A stretch of 64,000 bases of DNA from a virus. The position numbers and the translations under genes are program-made. The stretch lies in IMG/VR virus record IMGVR_UViG_3300005077_000007, positions 15,249 to 79,248 of that record, one strand, 5' to 3'. The notes under the pieces were generated by a model. The model made no database searches. It was given only the letters and a program-made list of their open reading frames with translations, and was not told the origin of the DNA. Every line of letters starts with the position of its first letter. Within the stretch, counting starts at the first letter, position 1. Shown piece by piece: positions 48,557-56,480 of this stretch.

Positions 48557-49000
48557 ATGAAAACATTATTATCAATACTGCTTTTACTGTGTAGCACGAG
48601 TGCTTCTGCACAATGGGGAACGCCCCCAACGTGGGGAACGGTCCCGGTATGGGGTGGTGGAACGACGGCAAATTCCACGGTACTATATCCGCGTGTACTT
48701 CCCGATGGGCGGGTGCAAACGTGTGTCGCAAATGATGGGGCGTGCGGATTAAAATGCGCTGGGGATTGCAACCGCGATTGTATCGTAACGGTCGATGAGC
48801 TTATGCTCTGCGTAAACGTCAATAAGAATCCCAAGGCATACCCATATTCTCGGACGTGTGGATACTACAAGGATCGTTACAATAAGCAGTGGGTTAGTCT
48901 CTGTGACCCGAATTCTGATGGACAAATCTCCACGTCTGATGTATCATGTATTTCAAGCAACGTATCGGAAGGGTGCCATCTCGATGCTCGGTACTGGTAG
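48557..49000 (+). CDS. Secreted protein with a dockerin-like duplicated EF-hand domain
   Basis: Signal ending ASA|QW; CAGDCNRDCIVTVDEL ... CDPNSDGQISTSDV ... EGC. Confidence 0.75.
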   Translation: MKTLLSILLLLCSTSASAQWGTPPTWGTVPVWGGGTTANSTVLYPRVLPDGRVQTCVANDGACGLKCAGDCNRDCIVTVDELMLCVNVNKNPKAYPYSRTCGYYKDRYNKQWVSLCDPNSDGQISTSDVSCISSNVSEGCHLDARYW

Positions 49001-49021
49001 AAGAATAAAGAAAACTGAGGC

Positions 49022-49213
49022 ATGAAAAGAACCTGTTATTGTGAACGCTGCGAGCGCGTTCAGAGTATTTTATCCAAATTACGGGAAGAACTCGAGATTC
49101 TTCGGTTGTATCTCAATACTCCATATCCAGAATCTCAAAGAAATTTGCGACTTCAGGGGTGCTCGGCGCTTGACCGCGCCGAGTGCCTTATCCAGGAAGG
49201 GTTATTATTATGA
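49022..49213 (+). CDS. Small hypothetical protein (CxCxxC)
   Basis: SD GAGG. Confidence 0.45.
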   Translation: MKRTCYCERCERVQSILSKLREELEILRLYLNTPYPESQRNLRLQGCSALDRAECLIQEGLLL

Positions 49214-49479
49214 AAAAATATATCCCGATAGAAAAACCAACTGAACCAGCGCCAACCATTGCAACGCCAATTAGTGTCGAAGCCGTGGTAACGGTCAAGG
49301 TGTATCCGCTCATTATGGATAAACTTGATGGTGCGATTGCGTATGGTGTCCATCATGCATATAAGCACTGCGAAAATCCTTCAAGAGAAGATATTATTCA
49401 TTCGGTAGAATTATCCGTGAGTAATGCCATGTGCGAACTCTTTAATTTTCACGATGGCTTTGATGAGGCAGCAGTGTAG
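49210..49479 (+). CDS. Hypothetical protein
   Basis: Overlapping start; co-oriented. Confidence 0.5.
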   Translation: MKKYIPIEKPTEPAPTIATPISVEAVVTVKVYPLIMDKLDGAIAYGVHHAYKHCENPSREDIIHSVELSVSNAMCELFNFHDGFDEAAV

Positions 49480-49488
49480 AGGAAATCT

Positions 49489-50121
49489 ATGTCATTCGTA
49501 TTAAATGGCAACTATGAGTTTGTTGACGCCGGGGAATGCGCGGATGAATTAATCACGCTTCGTAAGGAAAATCGTGAATTGCGCGAAGAAAATGCTCGAT
49601 TACGCTATGCCGGTGAGCGGCTTTCCGCTGCGTTGTCTCGCATTGATTACGTAATGGGACCGGAAAACGACCAGCATGTTTCAATGTACGACGTAGACTG
49701 CCACGAAGAGCGTGTTGCGGAATCAGTAAAAACATTATATTTAAATCTCCAAACTTGCCACTCGGCATTCCGGTATATTCTCGGAAACTCCTTGAGTCAT
49801 TATGCCACAATGGAAAAAGCAACAAAAACGCTCGACTGGAATAAATGGGCCGAACATATGATTGCTTATGCAACCTTATGCGGCACTGGTGGGTCAATAA
49901 ATGGCAATTATCAACGCATGATGTTCGTGACGGCCATGCATGACATTTTGGAAGAGTCACGCATGAAGCTGCTTGCATTACACGCAACTCACGAAGGTAG
50001 CCACCATTCTCTCGACATGAAAGATGGCATTGACCAGTGCATAGTCGATCTTTCGTCCTTTCTCGTTAATCAGTGTTGCAAGCTCAAAACATTAATTACC
50101 GAATTACAAAATCTCAACTAA
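49489..50121 (+). CDS. Coiled-coil mosaic hypothetical protein (LQTCHSA module)
   Basis: Shares modules with the genes at 51098 and 51403. Confidence 0.55.
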   Translation: MSFVLNGNYEFVDAGECADELITLRKENRELREENARLRYAGERLSAALSRIDYVMGPENDQHVSMYDVDCHEERVAESVKTLYLNLQTCHSAFRYILGNSLSHYATMEKATKTLDWNKWAEHMIAYATLCGTGGSINGNYQRMMFVTAMHDILEESRMKLLALHATHEGSHHSLDMKDGIDQCIVDLSSFLVNQCCKLKTLITELQNLN

Positions 50122-50133
50122 TGGAGAAAAATC

Positions 50134-50472
50134 ATGGCCGAATCTCTGCGTAACAGAGAAGGAAAGCCTAAATTCCAATCCAAAAAATCCATAACCTTCC
50201 AAAATGATTGGTGTGGTGGGCGCTATCTATTGGATGGAGAAGAATTCCTTGACATTGAAAGGCGTCCATTTGGGTTCGTAGTCATTGATGATAAGATATA
50301 CCCAGCGCAATATGAAACATATACTGGAATCGATTATGACCATGGACACGAATATCCCTGGACAAGAATGGATATTGGCATTGAGGTACCACATGAATAT
50401 GGTAGGGTATTCCTGCCAGTCAGGAAATTCGATAAAAAATACAAAATTCAGTTCATTAAGGATAATCAATAG
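50134..50472 (+). CDS. Hypothetical protein
   Basis: SD GGAG. Confidence 0.5.
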   Translation: MAESLRNREGKPKFQSKKSITFQNDWCGGRYLLDGEEFLDIERRPFGFVVIDDKIYPAQYETYTGIDYDHGHEYPWTRMDIGIEVPHEYGRVFLPVRKFDKKYKIQFIKDNQ

Positions 50473-50496
50473 GGGAACACTATTGTAGGTATTGTT

Positions 50497-50817
50497 ATGC
50501 TCGAAATATCAGCAATCATTGTTGGATCAATTATTGGATTAGTCATTGCGTATCGGTGGGTGTTGCCGATGGCGTCCTTACCGGGTGCTCAATGGAATGG
50601 TCCACCACCACATGCAGCTATGAATTTACGTCATGAAAATATGGAACTACGAAAACAACTCATTGTTGCTTTTGTGCAAGGCGCGCAGTGGTGGGAGTTT
50701 CGTCAGACCCGCGGAACGATGTGGGCAAGCGACCGGAATCTCGCCGAAGCGGAAGCAATGCTGCGACAACGCAACGGGACGCTCGGCGTGGTGCGCGCCA
50801 CGGAAGGGGGACAGTGA
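50497..50817 (+). CDS. Mosaic array gene A (TM + AFVQGxxWWE module, ends RATEGGQ)
   Basis: Stop overlaps the next start (TGATG). Confidence 0.6.
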   Translation: MLEISAIIVGSIIGLVIAYRWVLPMASLPGAQWNGPPPHAAMNLRHENMELRKQLIVAFVQGAQWWEFRQTRGTMWASDRNLAEAEAMLRQRNGTLGVVRATEGGQ

Positions 50818-51101
50818 TGGGGTTCTGTCCAGAATGCGGTCCGTGCCGCATTGATGAAGATGGCTGTTGCGTAACGTGCGGCGCGACGGCAACTGGAAGG
50901 GCGCTCCAACAAATGCTCACCGAAAACGCCGCGCTGCTCGAGCAGCGGCTCGTTGCCTTCGTGCAGGGAGTAGAGTGGTGGGAGGGCGACACGCACGGCG
51001 CCATCATTGGCTATTGGGATCGTGTCCGCGCTCGCCGAGAAGCGCAGCGCCGAGAGCGATGGGGCACGCTGGGTAAGCCTCGCGCCACGGGAGGGGTATG
51101 A
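50817..51101 (+). CDS. Mosaic array gene B (zinc ribbon + AFVQGxxWWE module, ends RATGGV)
   Basis: CPEC..CVTC; coupled start and stop. Confidence 0.6.
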   Translation: MGFCPECGPCRIDEDGCCVTCGATATGRALQQMLTENAALLEQRLVAFVQGVEWWEGDTHGAIIGYWDRVRARREAQRRERWGTLGKPRATGGV

Positions 51102-51403
51102 TGGCAACATCATTGAAACACGTATTGGATTCATTGCGCGACGAGATTGCCACCCTGCGCGGCGAGAACGAGCGGCTGCGGGCGGAGTTGAAAGACCGTG
51201 ACGAACTGATCGACGCCAAAATCATGGAAACTCGTGAACTCCTCGCCGGATTGCGGCGGGAGTTGGAAACCTGCCACGCGGCGATGAGGCACGCGATCCG
51301 GTACGACAGGGTGTGGGTCGCGGAAGTGGAGTGGTGCGACATGAGCCGGTGGTCGTGGTACGCACTGCTGGGCGCGACGCTGCGCGCCACTGGAGGGGAG
51401 TGA
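51098..51403 (+). CDS. Mosaic array gene C (coiled coil + LETCHAA module, ends RATGGE)
   Basis: Coupled start and stop. Confidence 0.6.
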   Translation: MMATSLKHVLDSLRDEIATLRGENERLRAELKDRDELIDAKIMETRELLAGLRRELETCHAAMRHAIRYDRVWVAEVEWCDMSRWSWYALLGATLRATGGE

Positions 51404-51924
51404 TGCGCGAAACCGTACTTGAGCGACTGGAGTTGGCAGCGGCGCATCCCGGCATGAGCACGCCGAGCGTCGTGATTTCGCGCGCCGATGCCTGCGCCCT
51501 GTTGCGGCTGGTGCAGGCGGCCGAGGAGCATAACCGCGAGTGCGACTATGCCTACGAGTGCGACCAGGAGTTTCGCACCGCCCTGCGCGCCGTGACGGAG
51601 GAAGCGGTGATGGCGGCACGCGAATGCTACTGCGGCCAATGCGAACGTCTCGCCGCCGAGAAGGAGTTGCTGCGGAGCGAAGTGAACGATCTAGGTTCCA
51701 ACATCCGGCGGCTTCGTGCGGTGGTTTCCGTGTTGTCGGATGCGCTCAACCGGAATACGGTGGCAAATCAACTGCGTCTCGACTTGGAGACGTGCCACGC
51801 GGCGCTGAGGCTGATTGCAAATGATGAACCAGTGTTCGTCCACAATTGGTATGCACCGTGGGCGTTGTGGTGCCGACCGCGTGGCATTGCTCGCGCCACT
51901 TTGCGCGCCACGCATGGTGAATAG
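51403..51924 (+). CDS. Mosaic array gene D (coiled coil + LETCHAA module, ends RATHGE)
   Basis: Coupled start and stop. Confidence 0.6.
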   Translation: MRETVLERLELAAAHPGMSTPSVVISRADACALLRLVQAAEEHNRECDYAYECDQEFRTALRAVTEEAVMAARECYCGQCERLAAEKELLRSEVNDLGSNIRRLRAVVSVLSDALNRNTVANQLRLDLETCHAALRLIANDEPVFVHNWYAPWALWCRPRGIARATLRATHGE

Positions 51925-51973
51925 ATGAGACAATCATTAAAGCGCCACGGGAGGGGAGAAATAGGGATATATT

Positions 51974-52141
51974 ATGGTATATCGAGTAACAGTAAAATGC
52001 GTTGTTTATAAGGTTCTTACCTGTGAGGACTGCACAGAAGAGCAGGCGCGAACTGATCCGTGGGATCATGCCGTACACGAGGTTGAACAAGACCAACTCG
52101 ATTGGGAGGTTCTTTATGTTAAAGCGGATGAGGAAGAATAA
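51974..52141 (+). CDS. Small acidic hypothetical protein (55 aa, not in the ORF track)
   Basis: Manual translation MVYRVTVKC...KADEEE. Confidence 0.45.
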   Translation: MVYRVTVKCVVYKVLTCEDCTEEQARTDPWDHAVHEVEQDQLDWEVLYVKADEEE

Positions 52142-52151
52142 GGAGAAGAAA

Positions 52152-52511
52152 ATGATAAAATTTGTCTTAAAAGTGGGGTTCGTTCTGGCGCTCTATGCGT
52201 CAGCGGCAGCGGCAACGTGTTGCCAATGTGGGGCTGGTGGTGTAGAGGTAGGCGGAATCATCCAAATTGTTCCAACCTGCGGTCCACCAAACGGGGCTGG
52301 GCAATGCGGAACCGGCTCTGACGGTCTGCCGTGCGAGTTGATCCAACTCGAAACTGTCAAGTGCAGTGGTGGTACGGGAGTTTGCACCGCCATTGATGGG
52401 GCATTTGCGCCACTGTATACCGGAACATCAAATCTGTACAGAATAGAAGGGGAGCGTGGAATTTTCAAGCGTGCGCGTTGGAGATTTACCAGGTTTGCCC
52501 CACGTCGGTAA
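52152..52511 (+). CDS. Secreted Cys-rich protein (CCQC...CGPP...C)
   Basis: SD AGGAG; signal MIKFVLKVGFVLALYASAAAA. Confidence 0.65.
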   Translation: MIKFVLKVGFVLALYASAAAATCCQCGAGGVEVGGIIQIVPTCGPPNGAGQCGTGSDGLPCELIQLETVKCSGGTGVCTAIDGAFAPLYTGTSNLYRIEGERGIFKRARWRFTRFAPRR

Positions 52512-52518
52512 TCAGTGC

Positions 52519-52555
52519 TTATCCGTGGCGTCGGGTAATCCGGCGCCCCGGATAA
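52519..52555. other. Long intergenic hairpin
   Basis: TTATCCG-T-GGCGTCGGG / TCCGGCGCC-C-CGGATAA; no U tract. Confidence 0.6.
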
Positions 52556-52597
52556 CGAGGAAAATATGGAAATGTTTTGTTTACGGGAGAAAACGCT

Positions 52598-52939
52598 ATG
52601 AAATCATGCCAACATGGGAAATGTATTGGTCATGAATTTGACCCAACCGGGAAGCGTGTTTCCCATAGGGTGGTTGATGTCACCCTGTGGGAACGGTTCT
52701 GTCGCTGGGGATCGAGTACCCCTGTTCTTCGATGTTGCGAAAAGCCTACCAGCACTCTTTATGAAACCATTACCACACATTGCGCGCAATGCGGTCGTAG
52801 CCAATCGCATATCCTTGTGTTCGATTATTGTCGATGCTGTCAGGCGTGGGGATGGAACTGTTGGGATGCATTCTCCGTCAGGGGTTGGTTCGATGGTACA
52901 ACAAGAACTCATCGATACTGCGTCAGTGATATTTTGTAA
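52598..52939 (+). CDS. Cys-rich hypothetical protein
   Basis: SD GGGAG; many CxxC and CC pairs. Confidence 0.45.
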   Translation: MKSCQHGKCIGHEFDPTGKRVSHRVVDVTLWERFCRWGSSTPVLRCCEKPTSTLYETITTHCAQCGRSQSHILVFDYCRCCQAWGWNCWDAFSVRGWFDGTTRTHRYCVSDIL

Positions 52940-52964
52940 TTATTCTGCGTGAAGTGGGGGCATA

Positions 52965-53273
52965 ATGCACGATCTAATTCCAGACTTATGCGCAGAGCGC
53001 ATAGTACGTAATGAAATACGTAGCTTACAGCAAGCAAACGAAAGGCTCAAAGTTAAAATAGATAAACTCAATACCGATCTTCTTCGAATGGTATTTGAAG
53101 AGAAGCAAGAATTAGCAGCGTTACGTGAAACGCTTGGGAAGGCGTTGATTATCACAAGAGAGGCGCGTGCCGCAAGCGCATTGGGAAAGATTTCCAAGCT
53201 CAGAGGTAGCGTTGGTCGTCTCTGGCGCTTATTACGTGATGCACGTTATGGAGTTCCTAATGTCGAGATTTAG
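52965..53273 (+). CDS. Coiled-coil hypothetical protein
   Basis: SD GGGGG. Confidence 0.5.
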   Translation: MHDLIPDLCAERIVRNEIRSLQQANERLKVKIDKLNTDLLRMVFEEKQELAALRETLGKALIITREARAASALGKISKLRGSVGRLWRLLRDARYGVPNVEI

Positions 53274-53525
53274 TATAAGAATGTTTGGTTTTGTATGGTG
53301 GGTTTTTGGGATTTGCCTTGGTATCAGCGGGTTAATATATTTTCCGCCCCCTTGGGCTAGACTCATTGTCTTGATGGGTGGATTATGTATGGCCCTTGGC
53401 GCAATATTCTTTTGCGATAAAAAGGAAGAATAAAGCGACTGGAATTATATTCCAAGAACTGGAAAAAGCCTTGTGTTTTTATTCATTTTCACAAATTTTC
53501 ATTATCGTATTTACAGGAGAACACT

Positions 53526-53825
53526 ATGACCCGTCAGGAAATATATAACAAGATCAACTCATTCAGGAATCTCAAGTATGATTGGGATTCATACAAAGGG
53601 GAACCTATACCAGAGGCTTGTATTGATCTGAGTCTCAACATTCTTAAATTCCTTGAAAACGAAAATCTTCCAGATGAAGTCTCCCCTATGAGTGGAGAAA
53701 TCTTCATGGCATGGGGCAATGAGGAAACGACTATTATCATTAACAAGGATGGCTTTGAGTTTGGGGCCACAGGGAGTGAAGCAGCCCACGCCGCTTCACT
53801 TATCATACGAGCTACCTACGACTGA
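53526..53825 (+). CDS. Hypothetical protein (YDWDSY.GEP motif)
   Basis: SD AGGAG. Confidence 0.55.
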   Translation: MTRQEIYNKINSFRNLKYDWDSYKGEPIPEACIDLSLNILKFLENENLPDEVSPMSGEIFMAWGNEETTIIINKDGFEFGATGSEAAHAASLIIRATYD

Positions 53826-53862
53826 CGTTCTCGTCTCGGCGGCTTGAGTCATAGGAGAAATT

Positions 53863-54063
53863 ATGCCAACCTTCCATGTACACGTATACGAAACATCATC
53901 TATGTGGGAATTAAATATCGACGCACAGACCAGCGAAGAAGCTCGTGCGATAGCACTTGATACGATTAGCAACGACGACAACAGGGCAGCCGGGTCTACT
54001 CCGCATATGCAGTTTATTTCCCTGACGTTTCTGGAGGAAAATCCAGAAATAGAAAAAGTATAG
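53863..54063 (+). CDS. Small protein, DpnD/PcfM-like pattern
   Basis: FHVHVYE..IDAQTSEEAR; SD AGGAG. Confidence 0.45.
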   Translation: MPTFHVHVYETSSMWELNIDAQTSEEARAIALDTISNDDNRAAGSTPHMQFISLTFLEENPEIEKV

Positions 54064-54071
54064 GTAATAAA

Positions 54072-54278
54072 GTGCTACCAACAATCTGCTTCATTGTAAG
54101 TATTATCTTCATAATCATAGCCGTTCTACTCACGTTGCTTTTTCCTGAGTCTATGAAGTATAAGCAAGGATCGTTTCTTATCGTTAACATTCTCTACAGA
54201 ACAAGTCAGATGTTTTTTTTCATCGGTTTCGGGTATTTATTAGGGGAGATTTTGAAGGGGGTACTCTTCGTACCATAG
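54072..54278 (+). CDS. Small membrane protein
   Basis: Two hydrophobic segments. Confidence 0.45.
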   Translation: MLPTICFIVSIIFIIIAVLLTLLFPESMKYKQGSFLIVNILYRTSQMFFFIGFGYLLGEILKGVLFVP

Positions 54279-54282
54279 GTGA

Positions 54283-54483
54283 ATGATGAATATTACAATA
54301 TATCCCAAAACCCACGGAGAAGATCGAGGATTCTCCGAGGAAGAAGTCCGTCGTGGAATTCACTGGCTTTATGCAGACGTACAGTGTCCGCACTGTGGCA
54401 AGGAGCAACCAGTTGCAGCAACTCGATATATTGGTGGACCATGTTGTCGGTGCGGAGAGCTAACCTCTATCCTCAGTGCTTGA
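54283..54483 (+). CDS. Small zinc-ribbon protein
   Basis: CPHC..CCRC. Confidence 0.55.
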   Translation: MMNITIYPKTHGEDRGFSEEEVRRGIHWLYADVQCPHCGKEQPVAATRYIGGPCCRCGELTSILSA

Positions 54484-54491
54484 GTCATAGG

Positions 54492-54710
54492 ATGAACGAA
54501 CCCACAATAGATCATACACGAAACTCAGTAGATAATACGGATGGCTATTCTATAGTCATTATCGTATTGATCTACGCAATCATATTACTTTCCGTGACCA
54601 CATACCATATTGGATTTCATAGAGGAGAACAGGGAGTCAGCGAAAAGATTTGTCATTCGCCAGAATGGCATTGTTATGATACCCTCTGTAGGAAAAATGT
54701 TCACCACTAA
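54492..54710 (+). CDS. Small membrane-anchored protein
   Basis: One TM segment. Confidence 0.4.
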   Translation: MNEPTIDHTRNSVDNTDGYSIVIIVLIYAIILLSVTTYHIGFHRGEQGVSEKICHSPEWHCYDTLCRKNVHH

Positions 54711-55017
54711 GGCTGTAGAATACGGAGGGGGGTTTCTAGGGATTGGAAAAGCCCTCCCCAATGCTTTAGTCATAGGAGAGTTCATGTCCCGCCAAAGACT
54801 CAGTATACAAAAAGTCCTCAAATACCGACAGCAATACCCCACCCTTGATATCGTAGGCATCCTTGTCAGAGGAAACACAGGAGGACGAAAACATCTCTGT
54901 CTCCGTGATGGACGTATCGTCTATCTCTATCCAGATGGCACCTTTGAACATACCCCCTATACATGGGCAGAGGGATTATTCGATACAGACATACGGGAGA
55001 TGTTTCCATGGGGATAA
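54697..55017 (+). CDS. Hypothetical protein
   Basis: Last ORF before the non-coding control region. Confidence 0.45.
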   Translation: MFTTKAVEYGGGFLGIGKALPNALVIGEFMSRQRLSIQKVLKYRQQYPTLDIVGILVRGNTGGRKHLCLRDGRIVYLYPDGTFEHTPYTWAEGLFDTDIREMFPWG

Positions 55018-55149
55018 ATATACGATATTCCTGCCCATAGATATACAATATTGCTGGATTGTCCATTCGTATCGTACCGCATATTGTTGTTTTCTAGGAA
55101 TTGGAAAAGAGCTTGTGATTTTATGATTTACTCGTAAATGGGTGGGGTG

Positions 55150-55260
55150 CCCCCCTACAGGGGGGTAGCCCAGCAGGTCGCATAGCACTTCGCATATCAG
55201 GTGCCAGGTCCAGGGCACCGCAGATCGCACATCAGGTCGCAGAGCAGATCGCAGATCACT
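55150..55260. repeat. C6-TACA-G6 hairpin followed by CAGRTCGCA direct repeats
   Basis: Perfect copies at 55174, 55221, 55233, 55245 plus degenerate ones; GTGCC/GGCAC hairpin at 55201-55218. Confidence 0.8.
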
Positions 55261-55276
55261 AGCAAGTAGCGTGCCA
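55261..55276 (-). promoter_or_regulatory. Sigma-54 (-24/-12) promoter, leftward
   Basis: TGGCACG-CTAC-TTGCT, full consensus. Confidence 0.7.
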
Positions 55277-55343
55277 AAGCCTTACGCCACGGAAACATTA
55301 GGTGGCAAAACTGTAACGCTTCGTCAATTCCATGACACCGGCG

Positions 55344-55369
55344 TAAGTTACTGGAATCATTGGGGAAAT
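55344..55369 (+). promoter_or_regulatory. IHF-like box shared with 59834
   Basis: TAAGTTACTGGAATCATTGGGGAAAT. Confidence 0.45.
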
Positions 55370-55457
55370 GCCCAAATCGTCAATCGAATGACGCGCCGGC
55401 GCGGTATTTTTTTGTCGGTACCCTTGGAATCGTGGGGAAACGTCCGTCCTCCGAGTA

Positions 55458-55473
55458 TGGCACGCCGCTTGCA
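55458..55473 (+). promoter_or_regulatory. Sigma-54 (-24/-12) promoter, rightward
   Basis: TGGCACG-CCGC-TTGCA, about 80 nt before the ATG at 55556. Confidence 0.8.
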
Positions 55474-55555
55474 CCTAAGACTGGTATGCACCCACTTCAG
55501 AGCGAAATTCCTAATTTTGGGAATTCGAAACGTGGGTAGGAAGGGAATCGAAACG

Positions 55556-55960
55556 ATGGCACGTCCCAAGGGTAAGGATATGGGTATCACTAAGACTGTC
55601 AGTCTTGGTGGCAACCGTACAGTACAATTGCCCGTTATCCTAGTAACGGATAACGGCAATATGACGTTCAAATTGACGCATGAAGACGTTACGGTGGCAA
55701 GCGGCAATCCGGAGGTTTTGCGTGCGCTATTCGAAGATGCGTGGAGGGAACGTGGAAACCGTACCTATCGTGAGCGAATTGCGGTTATCCGTTCCTCGAA
55801 ACTCGAAGATTCCGCAATCAGCCTGAACGTTCGCTATGTCGTGGTCAACGCGGCCGAAACGGCAAACGGGATTTTCGTGAAGTATGCCGATGGCAAGGTG
55901 GCGCTGTACTCCGGTGAACTGCTTCCGGTGGGATTCGAGAATCTTCCGGTGTTGGCGTAG
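55556..55960 (+). CDS. Hypothetical protein, first gene of the early-like region
   Basis: SD AGGAAGGG before MARPKGK; followed by a terminator. Confidence 0.6.
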   Translation: MARPKGKDMGITKTVSLGGNRTVQLPVILVTDNGNMTFKLTHEDVTVASGNPEVLRALFEDAWRERGNRTYRERIAVIRSSKLEDSAISLNVRYVVVNAAETANGIFVKYADGKVALYSGELLPVGFENLPVLA

Positions 55961-55965
55961 CAACG

Positions 55966-55996
55966 AAAAGGGATCTAGTGCGATTAGATCCCTTTT
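55966..55996 (+). terminator. Rho-independent terminator (bidirectional form)
   Basis: AAAAGGGATCTA / TAGATCCCTTTT. Confidence 0.85.
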
Positions 55997-56115
55997 CCCA
56001 TGCGCCAAATGATTCAATACGCCAATACTAAGGCTGGAATCCGAAATGGATTCCGGCCTTTTGGCGTTTCTGCGGCCTGGTATCCTGGCAATCGGCCGTT
56101 TGCCACGGATGATTC

Positions 56116-56153
56116 GAACGGAACGGAACGGACGGAACGGACGGACGGAACGG
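56116..56153 (+). repeat. Tandem GAACG/GACG microsatellite (about 8 units)
   Basis: gaacg gaacg gaacg gacg gaacg gacg gacg gaacg. Confidence 0.8.
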
Positions 56154-56233
56154 AAAGCGTAGAGTTTGCGGCGGAATCCGCAGATTGTATGGTTTCCGCA
56201 ATGTCGCGGAACCGAAACGGAGAAAGGGTCGAT

Positions 56234-56440
56234 ATGGAAACTTCGCAGGTTTTGGCCCAACGTCTTGCTGAGAAGTATTTCAAGGACCGCGCCCGGAAGC
56301 TGATTGCTTCCGTGCACAAGACGTCAATCGAGTTGTTCCCCGATTCGAATGATTGGAAGCTTCGAAACGAATTCATGGACGGGGTATTCAATACCCTGAG
56401 CCATGAATTCGGGTTCCCGCGCCAGAATCCGCAAATCTAG
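56234..56440 (+). CDS. Small hypothetical protein
   Basis: SD AAGGG; followed by a terminator. Confidence 0.5.
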   Translation: METSQVLAQRLAEKYFKDRARKLIASVHKTSIELFPDSNDWKLRNEFMDGVFNTLSHEFGFPRQNPQI

Positions 56441-56450
56441 CTAGGGAATA

Positions 56451-56480
56451 GGGGAATCCGGCGGTTCGGGTTCCTCTTTC
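56451..56480 (+). terminator. Rho-independent terminator
   Basis: GGGGAATCCG / CGGGTTCCTC then TTTC. Confidence 0.6.

Larger units (their letters stand above)
50793..51958 (+). repeat. Dispersed gene-boundary repeat GCGCCAC(G/T)GGAGGGG
   Basis: Copies near 50793, 51082, 51383, 51903 (degenerate) and 51942. Confidence 0.8.

Noticed and set aside
50660-51810. Repeated modules as DGR template/variable repeats
   Set aside because: Differences are not adenine-specific and no reverse transcriptase is in the window.
55174-55260. CRISPR array
   Set aside because: Repeats are 9 nt with irregular short spacing, and there are no cas genes.
55271-55555. Long N-terminal extension of the 55271-55960 ORF
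   Set aside because: It spans the promoter elements; a good SD precedes the ATG at 55556.
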